From positions 1 to 48,523 of the IMG/VR virus record IMGVR_UViG_3300009175_000009: DNA of 48,523 nt; one strand, given 5' to 3'. This DNA comes from a virus. Taxonomy: Duplodnaviria; Heunggongvirae; Uroviricota; Caudoviricetes. Below, piece after piece: positions 1-9,663 of this stretch (positions are counted from its first letter, which is position 1; every line of letters starts with the position of its first letter). The notes under the pieces are model-generated. The model saw only the letters and a list, made by a program, of their open reading frames with translations, was not told the origin of the DNA and ran no database searches. The position numbers and the translations under genes were made by a program.

Positions 1-2
1 AT

Positions 3-1169
3 CGAGCCCTCGACGACATCAAAAAATCACACTTCGACAAGGCCACCGAGGCGAAGGCCATTGCCAAGATTGGCGAGGAGTATTTCCACGTCAAGGACGC
101 CGTGCTGGAATATCAGAAGGCCAGCGACGCCATCAACCGATCTAACATGTCCTCGGACGAGAAGGCCAAGGCGAACCGAGCCCACGTATCCAGCACTTTC
201 GGCATCAAGGAAGAAGGCCAGGACTTCCTACAGCGTAAGAAGGAACTGGAAACAATGCTCGCGGGCGCACCGAGTTTGCTGGATCGGGCCATGCAGGAAG
301 CCCGCAAGAAGGCGTTCGGCGAAGGATCCCTCACAGCTACCGATAAGGACACGGAGAAATGGCGTCGCATCGATGAGCTTCAGTTCGCGGGAGCGTTCGG
401 TAACAAGCCGGGTACGGGCGTTGGTGATATGACCGGCGAGCAGAAGGCGGCCATGCTGGAGATGGGTGGCTACAAGGAAGCTGCTGAAATGGCCCGCGGC
501 GGCAAAGCTGGTGTGATGCAGTTTGAACTGGCTTCTCTGGAACTGCACAGGGAGGCTATGACCGCCGTGGGCTACCGCAAGGAGCAGGTCGCCATCATGA
601 ACAAGCTCGCCAAGGAGGCCGGTGCGAGCGACGTGCGGTCGCCTAGCGAGGTGCTGAACGAAACGTCGGCTCATATCCGTGAGGCGTTTGACGCCGGTAT
701 ATTTGGCAACGGTCCGCAGGTGGCGGCATTGCGTCGTAAGCTGGAACACCAGGCCGATGAGAAGTGGTCGCAAGCTATGGGTCTCAGCGGCGAGGGTATG
801 AAGGCAAGCAGAGGTGGAGTCCCAGGTGAGTTGGCTGATGCCTTGCGGAACCTCACCGAGAACCGGGCGGAGCTAATTGCTAAATTCGGAACAGCCGGCT
901 ACGGGGCCGAGGTTAAGTCGAAGATGGACATGTTCGCCCCCGAGAAGCAGCGTTCGGTGCAGCTTGAGGGAGCATCGGCGACTTACGACCGCATCGCCAA
1001 GTCAGCGTTCTCGCGTTCGACGCAGGATCCCGCACTTCGTATTCAGCAGCGTATTCACGATGTTATGGTGGCCCAGCAGAAAGCCCAGCAGGAGCAGATT
1101 GCGTACTCGAAGACCAGCGACCAGGCTTTGCAGTTGCTGACTAAGGGTATTACGGCCCGCGTGGGCTAG
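3..1169 (+). CDS. Tail tape-measure-like protein, C-terminal part (5' partial)
   Basis: Frame is open from the window start. Ala/Glu/Lys/Gln-rich helical composition; lies upstream of putative tail genes. Confidence 0.6.
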   Translation, partial: RALDDIKKSHFDKATEAKAIAKIGEEYFHVKDAVLEYQKASDAINRSNMSSDEKAKANRAHVSSTFGIKEEGQDFLQRKKELETMLAGAPSLLDRAMQEARKKAFGEGSLTATDKDTEKWRRIDELQFAGAFGNKPGTGVGDMTGEQKAAMLEMGGYKEAAEMARGGKAGVMQFELASLELHREAMTAVGYRKEQVAIMNKLAKEAGASDVRSPSEVLNETSAHIREAFDAGIFGNGPQVAALRRKLEHQADEKWSQAMGLSGEGMKASRGGVPGELADALRNLTENRAELIAKFGTAGYGAEVKSKMDMFAPEKQRSVQLEGASATYDRIAKSAFSRSTQDPALRIQQRIHDVMVAQQKAQQEQIAYSKTSDQALQLLTKGITARVG

Positions 1170-1178
1170 GAGGAATAA

Positions 1179-2585
1179 GTGTCATATTCATCGACGATAT
1201 GGTGTGAGGAGATGCTGGGATCGCCCCAGGAATCTGGCAGTAACGATAAGGGCGGTTCGTTCCAGGCCACGGTGAATCTCAAGTGTGCGTGGAGTAAGCG
1301 TTACGATCTTCTTGCCGATATCATCGGCAACCAGAACCTGTATCCGCGTCTAAAGAAAAGCGGGGCTCGTGCCGTCAGTGGCACAGCCAAACCGCATCCG
1401 GGTGCTGTCAGGAACATGACGAACCCGACAGATTACGGCGGTGCCGACTACGACTTCGCCCAGGTGGATATCACCTATAAGGTGCAGGCCGAGACGAAAG
1501 ATCTGATCAGCGAGACACTCACGCCCACTCTGGAAATCATGACGTTGGATTACCGGAGGTTCCGCTGGGCCACGGATACAAGCTCTGCTGTCATTCCCGA
1601 TGGTCGCTATCAGCTAATGAAGTCCGCCCTCACACAGGGATTCGGAAAGATTAACTGGGGGCGATCAGTTGATGAGGTTTTCAACGATACCGTAACCATC
1701 ATCATGAACGCGTGCAAGACGAAGCCCTGCACCATTGCGATTAACACAAGCGGTGGATGCTATGCAGCGTCGGGAACCGGGCACGGACCGTACTTCAAGG
1801 ACTCGGTCGCTGCCGTTCAGCCGTTGATGAACGCCGTGAGCGCAGCCCGAGACTTGGCCATCAAACCGCCACCGCGGAACGCGAAGGAGGCGAAGGCCGC
1901 TCCGACGAGCATGGATCAGTTCACGAACATGCTCAAGACCAGCCCCATCGTCAATGCACGCGGTGTTAACGTAGCAGGCCCGCCCAACGCAAACACGCCG
2001 GTCAATGTCCAGGGCAAGGCGGCGGATATCCAGAAGGCAGTTAATAACTTTCTGGGCGGCATGACGCCACGATTCCAAAAGCTGGGTACACCGATCAATG
2101 AGAACGAAGCTCCGGGTCGGCGTATGCTGGGTCTGGACTACGGCCTGACGTTTTACAAGGTGAAAGACTTGCCGTGGTGGCTTACGTGCTACCTGGGATG
2201 CGTCAACGACGACGTTGTTATAGCCAAACTGCTGGGCCTGTCATTCGCTCCCGGCACGCTGCTGTTCGATACGCCCAATGTCAGTCGCAAATGGAATTTC
2301 GTCGACGATCCGTACTGGCAGGTGGAGTACAAACTCAAGTTCAAGCCGCAGGGCTGGAACGTTTTTCCACGTTCCGACATCAATAGCTGGATTCAGGATT
2401 CCAAGGGGAACAAGTATCTATCGTGCGGAGCGTTCGACTCTATGATCGTTAACTCCGGAACCGACGCAGCACCGCGGTGGGGGCCGTTCTTCCAGTATCC
2501 ACCCGCTGACTTCGGCCAGATCTGGGGTATGAGTGGTGGCGGTAGCGGTACGTTCTCCACAGCATGGCCCACAGGAGGTCCGTGA
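1179..2585 (+). CDS. Putative virion/tail protein
   Basis: 468 aa, AGGAGGA RBS before a GTG start, directly follows the tape-measure-like gene. No catalytic motif recognised. Confidence 0.5.
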   Translation: MSYSSTIWCEEMLGSPQESGSNDKGGSFQATVNLKCAWSKRYDLLADIIGNQNLYPRLKKSGARAVSGTAKPHPGAVRNMTNPTDYGGADYDFAQVDITYKVQAETKDLISETLTPTLEIMTLDYRRFRWATDTSSAVIPDGRYQLMKSALTQGFGKINWGRSVDEVFNDTVTIIMNACKTKPCTIAINTSGGCYAASGTGHGPYFKDSVAAVQPLMNAVSAARDLAIKPPPRNAKEAKAAPTSMDQFTNMLKTSPIVNARGVNVAGPPNANTPVNVQGKAADIQKAVNNFLGGMTPRFQKLGTPINENEAPGRRMLGLDYGLTFYKVKDLPWWLTCYLGCVNDDVVIAKLLGLSFAPGTLLFDTPNVSRKWNFVDDPYWQVEYKLKFKPQGWNVFPRSDINSWIQDSKGNKYLSCGAFDSMIVNSGTDAAPRWGPFFQYPPADFGQIWGMSGGGSGTFSTAWPTGGP

Positions 2586-4243
2586 TGGCGGGTGAACGAT
2601 TACGCGTTCTGAGTGCGGGCGATCCCATACTGGCATCGCAGTGGAACGAGATTGTCCGCAACCTCCAGAGATCCAACACCGAAGCGGAGGGCGTGACTGA
2701 AGACAACGGTTCGGCTCGCCGCATAAAGGCTATGCCCGCCCCGTGGATGCAGGTCAAGGTACACAACCTGCCTAATACCACCAGCGACGACAGCAGCAGC
2801 GGCGGTATAAGCTGTGGCGCAGCCGTGGCCGTTCCCTGGCCGATGCAGTCCCCAACCGGCGACGAGGACACGCCCGACCACGACGGGATGAACGAGCTTC
2901 TCTCCCGCCCGCTGGATATGATGGGCGTACTGCCGCATCTGGAGACTTCACCACCCAATAACGGACCGACGTCGTTCGGTAAGTTCGCGGTGACGGTCGC
3001 CGACGCCGACGAACACGATAACGCCGAGGGCGTCATGAGCGGTCCTGTGGTGGCCTGGGTCAATATCGACGAGGGCCATGAATGGTACGGATTCGCGGAT
3101 GTTGTGGACGGTAACAATCATCTGCAGGCGTATCCAATTGGTAGTGCTCAGATCATCTGGCAGCCGGTCGAAGATGACGGTGTTCCCAAGTCGGGGGCAC
3201 AATTATGCGTCGTGCGTGTAGGAAACGCCCACGCGTGTACGATGCCGTTTGAGCTGCACACCAGGCTGGAGCCAAACGGAACATGCCAGGGCACGCCCAT
3301 GTTCTGGGATGGTCAATCATACACCGCACAGAAGGCTGTCGACAATGGATGGCAGGAAACGCTGCACGATGATGTCAGCAAGCACAGCGACGCGTTAGTT
3401 GGTAGTGTCGTGTGGGCTCGCTGGGAGATGGGCGACGGAGGTTGCGGAAGCGGTCGCTGGGAGGTGATCTCGCATACGCCGAAGATTCGTCGCGTGCGGC
3501 TGCTCGATGATTTATATGAATGCGGTACAGCCAACGCCGTGGTGCTACGCACTATTAACGGTCAAGTGCAACCTGATCCTGATAATCCAGATATCATAGG
3601 AATCTGTGACCCGTTGGATACTGTACTGGCGAGTTTGCTTGCGATAGAGGCTACGGGTGGGTTGTTCTACGTTCCAGCGGGAACGTGTGCTTATGTTACG
3701 ATCAGCGACAACCCACGGCCCGTGAGCAGCATGGGTAGCGACGTTGAGACAAGTTCATTTGCAAGCGTTCCTGATGCGAGTTCCTATAACTCGGATGCAT
3801 GGTGGGAACCAATATCATTCGGGTTATGCTGCATGGAGACCAGCGGCAGCGAACAATCCGAGGGCAGTGAGGGCAGTGAGCATAGCGAACATAGCGAGGG
3901 CTCAGAAGTGTCTGGTGTGTCGGAAACCAGCATTCACGGCTGCGATTGCTGGATCGGTCTCGACGGTTGTCACCTGACACCGCAGGTATCGCGGCAAATT
4001 CCAGACTGCAGTAAGGCATGGGTTGCCGGTCCGAACGGCGGAGGTCTGTGCGGACCATCGGGATACTCAGCACTGGTGTTTGACGACGCTGGTCACTATA
4101 TGGGTTATTGGGATTGCGGTTCACACAGATACGGATATCCAGATGTTACACCAGCATGGCATTCTCCGTGGGGCCTGCCCGCACCGAAGGGATCATGGTC
4201 GTGGAACGGAACGACGTATGGTTGGGATTGGACACCGGGATAA
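2585..4243 (+). CDS. Putative tail/baseplate-associated protein with a Ser/Glu/Gly-rich linker
   Basis: ATG overlaps the upstream TGA. Contains SGSEQSEGSEGSEHSEHSEGSE and a Cys/Trp-rich C-terminus. Confidence 0.5.
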   Translation: MAGERLRVLSAGDPILASQWNEIVRNLQRSNTEAEGVTEDNGSARRIKAMPAPWMQVKVHNLPNTTSDDSSSGGISCGAAVAVPWPMQSPTGDEDTPDHDGMNELLSRPLDMMGVLPHLETSPPNNGPTSFGKFAVTVADADEHDNAEGVMSGPVVAWVNIDEGHEWYGFADVVDGNNHLQAYPIGSAQIIWQPVEDDGVPKSGAQLCVVRVGNAHACTMPFELHTRLEPNGTCQGTPMFWDGQSYTAQKAVDNGWQETLHDDVSKHSDALVGSVVWARWEMGDGGCGSGRWEVISHTPKIRRVRLLDDLYECGTANAVVLRTINGQVQPDPDNPDIIGICDPLDTVLASLLAIEATGGLFYVPAGTCAYVTISDNPRPVSSMGSDVETSSFASVPDASSYNSDAWWEPISFGLCCMETSGSEQSEGSEGSEHSEHSEGSEVSGVSETSIHGCDCWIGLDGCHLTPQVSRQIPDCSKAWVAGPNGGGLCGPSGYSALVFDDAGHYMGYWDCGSHRYGYPDVTPAWHSPWGLPAPKGSWSWNGTTYGWDWTPG

Positions 4244-4246
4244 ATC

Positions 4247-4813
4247 ATGACAGCGATGGCTTCATTACAGGTGATCGTGATGTCGAACGGCACGCCACCG
4301 TGCAAAGAGTTGGCATTATGGCTGTCCGATAACTGCCCCGGATGGAAGTACGGGAGTGAGGACTACGGAATTGATAACGCCCGCAACCAAAACTGTGAGC
4401 GTTTTCTCGCTGATGATGTCGGTAAGTCGCATTTGATGATGATCGACCACGATATGGTTCCGGTGACCAGCACCAGTGCCATATTCACGGCGACGGAGGA
4501 ACTGGTCTACTGTGGCTATGCTGATCGCTACGGGTCGAAGGGTCATTACGGCGACGGCGACTTTGGTGCTGCCTGCTTTAAGGTATCTCGCGATCTGTTA
4601 ATTACAATGGGCATGCCGTGGTTTGCCACCAGATCGATTCATAGTCATCGGCAGAATTGTGAATGTAACTTCTTTCGCGTTAAAGCGGCCACGTTCGGAA
4701 TCATCCCGCGCATGGTTGGCGTCGTAGGTCATCAGCAGCGGTGTATACTGTTGCCTGATCCGAAGCCTCCGGGATGGCGTATCGCTTGGCCCGGAGACAT
4801 CAAACGGATATGA
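4247..4813 (+). CDS. GT-A fold (GT2-like) glycosyltransferase
   Basis: IDNARNQ...ERFL...HLMMIDHDM with a DxD motif, and a GAACFKVSRDLL segment typical of phage GT2-like proteins. Confidence 0.6.
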   Translation: MTAMASLQVIVMSNGTPPCKELALWLSDNCPGWKYGSEDYGIDNARNQNCERFLADDVGKSHLMMIDHDMVPVTSTSAIFTATEELVYCGYADRYGSKGHYGDGDFGAACFKVSRDLLITMGMPWFATRSIHSHRQNCECNFFRVKAATFGIIPRMVGVVGHQQRCILLPDPKPPGWRIAWPGDIKRI

Positions 4814-6219
4814 ACTGCGATTTCGAGACAACGCTTGAAACCGGCACACAAAATTACTGGCATGTTTGCCGCGTGTGTGCTCGCACGCGATGCACGCTAG
4901 AATCTACGCTAGTGATGCAATGTCCAGGATCATCGGTTCTGCACGGGCCACCAGTACAGGACTACTTGCCACCACAGCAGGAACGTGCGCCCATCGATGA
5001 GGCTGTGCAGCGTCTGGCGATCTGCCGAACTTGCGAACACCACCGGCGCGACGACATGAAGTACTGGTGCGATAAGTTTGATGACAATCATTCGAGTAAC
5101 TACAACTGCTCGCGCTCGAAGTACGCTCGATGTACTGTGCGATTGTTGCGTCGCATGTCGACGTGCGATGAATGGTCGCGGAAACTGATCCCGCACGAGG
5201 ACTCGACGATTGAAACTGCGTTTGCTCCCATGTCATCGTTGTGCCACGTATGTACGATTGATATGGGACCGATCACGACAATTCACGAAGTTCATCGAGC
5301 CGTAGGTGAAATCATTCACAGCGATCTACAACCGCCAGCGACATTCAAACTGCCGCGATGTATTGTCACCGCTGGTGAGGGTATGTACGAAGACGGCATT
5401 GTAATCATGGTACGGCTGCTGCGTGATAACGTGAAATGTGGTATCCCGATCAAAATATTTCATAAAGGCCCGTGGCGTACTGACCTAAGCAACTATGAGA
5501 ATGTTGAGCTGATTGATACGCGTGCCATGCAGCCCGCACACCCGGCCAAGGAGTACGGTGGGTGGGCTGCCAAGACGTATGCCGTAATGCATGCCGATGC
5601 TGAGCGTGTGATGTGGCTGGACGCGGATGCCTACCCGGTTCGTGATCCGACGCCGTTGTTCAATTTGCTAGATAATCATCGGTATATTTTATGGGCCGAC
5701 TACGGGCCGGGCGAGGCGTGCGACGAGATGCCGAACCCCGTCAGGCATCATCAGAACGGTGGCGAGTATCTAGTGAACATGCGCACGTACTGGCGTGAGA
5801 TGATGGCGACGCGGTTCCTCGATAACCATTCCCGCATCTACTGGAGCACTCGCAAGAACGGGCAGTCGTATCGCAGCATCGGTGACGAGTGCAGCACGCG
5901 GTTGGTGCGCAGCCTGATTTCCGATAAGGGCGTGTTGACTGCCGACTGGGTTAGGCGTACACGTGGCGTCGGTATTCTGTGTTGCTGGCGTAACCATCCG
6001 TATGTAGCTCACCGCATGCGGAGGGAATCGAAGTTAATTCTAGGTCGTGTTCCGGTGAGCAATCCAAAGTGGCCATACGAGAAAGAGGTGATGCGGTACT
6101 TCGCTGAGGTATCGCCAGGATTCCCGATTCTACGCCCGGAGCATCTTGGTGATACGCGTGACGAGATGATCAAGAACCGTGAGCGACGTTTAGCCGCCGC
6201 GGGGAGAAAGTCACGATGA
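4810..6219 (+). CDS. Cys-rich N-terminal domain fused to a GT71/Mannosyl_trans3-like glycosyltransferase
   Basis: IVTAGEG...GWAAKTYAVMH...VMWLDADAYPVRDPTPLF...ILWADY resembles the MNN1/MNN2-type mannosyltransferase core. ATGA overlap with the upstream gene. Confidence 0.7.
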   Translation: MNCDFETTLETGTQNYWHVCRVCARTRCTLESTLVMQCPGSSVLHGPPVQDYLPPQQERAPIDEAVQRLAICRTCEHHRRDDMKYWCDKFDDNHSSNYNCSRSKYARCTVRLLRRMSTCDEWSRKLIPHEDSTIETAFAPMSSLCHVCTIDMGPITTIHEVHRAVGEIIHSDLQPPATFKLPRCIVTAGEGMYEDGIVIMVRLLRDNVKCGIPIKIFHKGPWRTDLSNYENVELIDTRAMQPAHPAKEYGGWAAKTYAVMHADAERVMWLDADAYPVRDPTPLFNLLDNHRYILWADYGPGEACDEMPNPVRHHQNGGEYLVNMRTYWREMMATRFLDNHSRIYWSTRKNGQSYRSIGDECSTRLVRSLISDKGVLTADWVRRTRGVGILCCWRNHPYVAHRMRRESKLILGRVPVSNPKWPYEKEVMRYFAEVSPGFPILRPEHLGDTRDEMIKNRERRLAAAGRKSR

Positions 6220-6974
6220 GGTTTTTTACATACTCGTCACTACCCCTTCAAGATAATAGAAATCTGAGCCGCAACCGACAGCCGTGGATGATGGTGGAAT
6301 CAACACAGTACTACGAGATACCGCTGGAGGTTTTGTTATGGCCCGCTGACTGGTCGGGACGAACGCACATAGCAAGAATGATTGATGTATGCCGCAGCGT
6401 TCCGAGAAACGAAATCATATTATTTAGCGACGGATGGGATGTGTTCTACAACGCCGGCCCGCAGGAAATTCTAGACAAGTTTCTGGCCGCAGATACGCCG
6501 GTGTTGTTGCATGCAGAGCGTCAGTACTGGTCTGGGTGCGAGGATCCAAATTTCCCGCATCCCAGGTCGCCGACGAGCTTCGGTCACGTTAACGGAGGTG
6601 GTGTTGTAGCCTACGCGGGTGCGTTCGCCGACATACTGTCAGCTCCGGACTTCTGGCCCGCTGCCGCAGGCAATAACCAGATGGCACTGGAGCATTGGTA
6701 CGATCATCACCCAGATACATGCAAGCTCGATCATTACTGCCATGTATTTCAGTGGTACTATTCAGGAGTTGCTGTCGACGTGGTGGGCGACCGCGTGGTG
6801 AACTTCGAGACGAATTCAAAGCCATCGATAATTCACGGATGCGGAGGGCACGCGTTTTGGGCATCCGAAATGTGGCGTAGGGTGCGTCAACTGTTGCCGA
6901 ACCGGAACCCGCCGTTAGATCGTGTCACGCGTGCTCGCAACGACCGCCGTCGCGTTATTGCACGCCGGCGGTGA
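6216..6974 (+). CDS. PLOD/LH3-type glycosyltransferase domain protein
   Basis: IILFSDGWDVF...VLLHAERQYW...VNGGG...NNQ...LDHYCHVFQ...PSIIHGCG parallels the PLOD GT motifs (FTDxYDV, FSAE, LNSG, DDQ, HGNG). Confidence 0.7.
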   Translation: MRFFTYSSLPLQDNRNLSRNRQPWMMVESTQYYEIPLEVLLWPADWSGRTHIARMIDVCRSVPRNEIILFSDGWDVFYNAGPQEILDKFLAADTPVLLHAERQYWSGCEDPNFPHPRSPTSFGHVNGGGVVAYAGAFADILSAPDFWPAAAGNNQMALEHWYDHHPDTCKLDHYCHVFQWYYSGVAVDVVGDRVVNFETNSKPSIIHGCGGHAFWASEMWRRVRQLLPNRNPPLDRVTRARNDRRRVIARRR

Positions 6975-7640
6975 TCAGGACGCCTGGTTCTGCAACGCCT
7001 CCTCGCGGGCAAGCTGCCGGTGCAGGCCCATGATGATATCATAGACATGTTTGTTGGGGCGGAACCGCCCGTGGCAGCCGCCGTTCACGAACTCGCCGTC
7101 GTCGCCGAAGTAGATGTTCGATAGGGCCGCAGCCGTGCCTGCTGATCGCGAGATACCGGCTTGGCAGTGAACCACAAGCACGTCGATCTTGGGCCACACC
7201 TTGGCCGCGAATTCCAGAACCTGACGGCCCTGGTCCACCGAGAACAGCTTATCGCCGGGGCGAAGCCAGGGTGACGTCGGCGTGGCATCGTGAAACTTCA
7301 ACCGCAGGATATCGACGCGGTGGGCATCGTTCAAGTCGGCGTCGCGTGAGATCGGGCTGGTGATGCTGATGCAGGCCCACGGGCAGTGGTAGGCCGACAG
7401 GGCTTCGGCTTCCTCCTGCGACTGCACGATGATATGAGGCTTGCGGTGGGCTTTGTATTCGGCCTTGCCAACGTAATAAGTGCCGGGTCGAACGTCGATC
7501 AAGCCAGCCTCGTTCCGGGTGAAGTGCAGGCGGCGGAAGTTCTCCAAGGCCCGAGCCTGCCCACGAACCGTACCCCAGTCAAACGGGAATGTCTGGTTCT
7601 TGCGGATATAGCGTTCGATCTGGAAGGTAGCAGTAGGCAT
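6975..7640 (-). CDS. Protein-tyrosine/dual-specificity phosphatase-like protein
   Basis: VVHCQAGISRSA matches the HCX5R P-loop; upstream LKFHD acid loop. Confidence 0.8.
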   Translation of the reverse strand: MPTATFQIERYIRKNQTFPFDWGTVRGQARALENFRRLHFTRNEAGLIDVRPGTYYVGKAEYKAHRKPHIIVQSQEEAEALSAYHCPWACISITSPISRDADLNDAHRVDILRLKFHDATPTSPWLRPGDKLFSVDQGRQVLEFAAKVWPKIDVLVVHCQAGISRSAGTAAALSNIYFGDDGEFVNGGCHGRFRPNKHVYDIIMGLHRQLAREEALQNQAS

Positions 7641-7641
7641 A

Positions 7642-7917
7642 TCAGGATTCCTTAACGTGAGCCGCTACGCGGCGAGACAGTTCGATGATGGTTTGCAACA
7701 TGCCAGGACCGATGCTGGTACATGCTGGGTTCAGCTTGTCGATCTCGTCGGTCAGGCGGCGAGCGTCCACGACAAGGGCTGCGAGATCATACATCATGCC
7801 CGAAGCCAGCCAGGCCATGCGTTCTTCATTCACCAGTTCGCAGCCGGGCGTGGCCTCGCGGCCTCGCAGCCAAGCGTCGCACAGGCGTCGTAGTTCGTTG
7901 AGTTGTTCGGTGGTCAT
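7642..7917 (-). CDS. Hypothetical protein
   Basis: 91 aa ORF tightly packed in the minus-strand operon. Confidence 0.55.
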   Translation of the reverse strand: MTTEQLNELRRLCDAWLRGREATPGCELVNEERMAWLASGMMYDLAALVVDARRLTDEIDKLNPACTSIGPGMLQTIIELSRRVAAHVKES

Positions 7918-7920
7918 GAC

Positions 7921-8142
7921 TTAGCTCTTTTGGTACACGGGGCAATTCGCACCGTGCGAAATCACGATGACGTACTTGGTGTCGGGGTTGGCCGGGTTCA
8001 AGCTCCAGATCACGGTCTGGCCCCATGTCTCGACGGATCCCGATGCTGAGCTGTTGATGACTTCAGCTAAGGCCGCTGACGCGTTGGGGTTCAGTTTGTC
8101 CCGCAGGAACGCAAGCATATCAGATTTGAGTACAAGACGCAT
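7921..8142 (-). CDS. Hypothetical protein
   Basis: Start placed at MRLVLK to avoid overlap with the upstream small gene. Confidence 0.5.
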   Translation of the reverse strand: MRLVLKSDMLAFLRDKLNPNASAALAEVINSSASGSVETWGQTVIWSLNPANPDTKYVIVISHGANCPVYQKS

Positions 8143-8152
8143 GTTGGGCTTT

Positions 8153-8329
8153 CTAATACCTTTCACCGCCCGAGGCGACCACGGGTGGTTCGCGTCCTTC
8201 GCGGAGGGCCGCCTTGGTTTCATGGCGAAACTTGCGGGCGACCTTTTTCGTCGTAACCTTGACCGCGGGCAGGTGTTGAATGCACTTGCTCCAGGGTTCG
8301 CGGCAGAGTTTGATGGGGTTGATCTTCAT
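8153..8329 (-). CDS. Small basic hypothetical protein (MKINPIKL...)
   Basis: 58 aa, Lys/Arg-rich, ATGA-coupled to the upstream ORF. Confidence 0.5.
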   Translation of the reverse strand: MKINPIKLCREPWSKCIQHLPAVKVTTKKVARKFRHETKAALREGREPPVVASGGERY

Positions 8330-8496
8330 ATCGATGTCCTGTAATCGGTGTACGCCAGTATCGCAGCACCAATGATCATGGAAACTACACATCCCAGGGC
8401 GGGACTCCAGAACTGGGTTACCTCGGTTGTGTAGTAATGCGTGCATCCGCAAATACCGGAACCGAAAATCGTGTAGCCTACAAATCTGGTGAACAC
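8326..8496 (-). CDS. Small membrane protein (56 aa)
   Basis: Hand-translated MFTRFVGYTIFGSGICG...ALGCVVSMIIGAAILAY...; two hydrophobic stretches; fills the operon gap exactly. Confidence 0.45.
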   Translation of the reverse strand: MFTRFVGYTIFGSGICGCTHYYTTEVTQFWSPALGCVVSMIIGAAILAYTDYRTSI

Positions 8497-8708
8497 TATT
8501 CGATCTCCTTCTTGAGTCGGCGTGCGGCAAGGGCTTTGTCGACACGCTTCAGGTAGCGGCGAGACTCCGCTTTGTGCTTGGGGGACTGGTTGCTGCGAGC
8601 CTTGCCACCGCGGACGCGGAGGTTCACAGCCGAAGCCTTGCGGCCTTCCAGCTTGCCGTCCGCGACGTCGGGGCAGGGGTCGAGCTTGATGTGCTGATAT
8701 GGTTTCAT
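8496..8708 (-). CDS. Small basic hypothetical protein (MKPYQH...)
   Basis: 70 aa, Arg/Lys-rich C-terminus, GAAAGGA RBS. Confidence 0.55.
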   Translation of the reverse strand: MKPYQHIKLDPCPDVADGKLEGRKASAVNLRVRGGKARSNQSPKHKAESRRYLKRVDKALAARRLKKEIE

Positions 8709-8895
8709 GGTTCTTTCCTTTCGCAGGGACGCCCGCGCGCCGCCCTTCCTACTGCTCCCAAGCACGTATGCGTCCACCGTCTACTTGGCTTCAGTCGGGC
8801 GGAAAGCGGTCGTCCCCGCGTTACGCTGACTTCGCCTGCACCAAGTTTACCCAAGGCACGCGTATCCTTGGGAAGCTCCCTCGATGCAGGCGGGG

Positions 8896-9099
8896 TCAGC
8901 GTTCTACCTTTCTAGGTTCAGTATCATGCGAACCGCGTGCCGAAACACGCAAAACCTGAATTTCATCACCAAGCTCCTCGTCGGGAGCGAAGCCGTACCG
9001 TTCCTCAAATGCTGCGAGGGCTTCGCGTTCGGCGGTCTTCAGGCTTTCGGAGGTGATCACGACTGCCCGCCCGTTGCTGCGGCATAGGTATCGGGGCAT
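8896..9099 (-). CDS. Hypothetical protein
   Basis: 67 aa in the operon; its 3' end overlaps the sigma54-like motif at 8921-8941. Confidence 0.5.
   Translation of the reverse strand: MPRYLCRSNGRAVVITSESLKTAEREALAAFEERYGFAPDEELGDEIQVLRVSARGSHDTEPRKVER
8921..8941 (-). promoter_or_regulatory. Sigma54-type -24/-12 motif
   Basis: GGCACGCGGTTCGCATGATAC. Confidence 0.75.
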
Positions 9100-9102
9100 G
9101 GT

Positions 9103-9477
9103 TCATTCTCCGCACGGGCACATCGGGCCGCAAAGGTGGTCGGGGCCGCTGGTGTTCGCCTGCGGCAGGTCATACTCAGTGTTGCGGGATCCGTCCGCGT
9201 TCCAGGCGGTCGCCTCCTGCATGGCCAAGGCCCGGTCGCTGCATACGGCGGCCAAGGCGTGCCAGCCGCAGTCGTTGCTGCGGGCCATTTCATCCAGAGC
9301 CTGGAAGTTCGCCCCGATCACCGGCAGTTCATCGGTCTGCACGCACAGGCACTGGGCGATGCGGGCGATGGCAATTCGCAGCCGTATCGCGCTGTCCTCG
9401 GCGTTATTCACCGCCACTTCGGCCAAATTGCCGCGGGCCAGTTCACGCATACTTCTGCCTTGGGGAAATATGGACAC
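9103..9477 (-). CDS. Hypothetical protein
   Basis: 124 aa, AGGAG RBS. Confidence 0.55.
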   Translation of the reverse strand: MSIFPQGRSMRELARGNLAEVAVNNAEDSAIRLRIAIARIAQCLCVQTDELPVIGANFQALDEMARSNDCGWHALAAVCSDRALAMQEATAWNADGSRNTEYDLPQANTSGPDHLCGPMCPCGE

Positions 9478-9486
9478 GGTAGTCTC

Positions 9487-9663
9487 CTAATGAGTTCGGT
9501 GGTTGACGGTCAGCTTTCGTCGCGGGGCTTTCCGTTTTGGTTCATCGTAATGGCTTGGAGCGATATCGAAAAGCGTCCGCTGCACGGGGGTGTCGTCGAG
9601 GCACGCTCCGATCTCACGATCAAAGCGTTCGACGCTTTCTTTCGGTGGCCAGGGCTTATTCAT
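9487..9663 (-). CDS. Small hypothetical protein (58 aa)
   Basis: Hand-translated MNKPWPPKESVERFDRE...KAPRRKLTVNHRTH; fills the operon gap. Confidence 0.45.
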   Translation of the reverse strand: MNKPWPPKESVERFDREIGACLDDTPVQRTLFDIAPSHYDEPKRKAPRRKLTVNHRTH

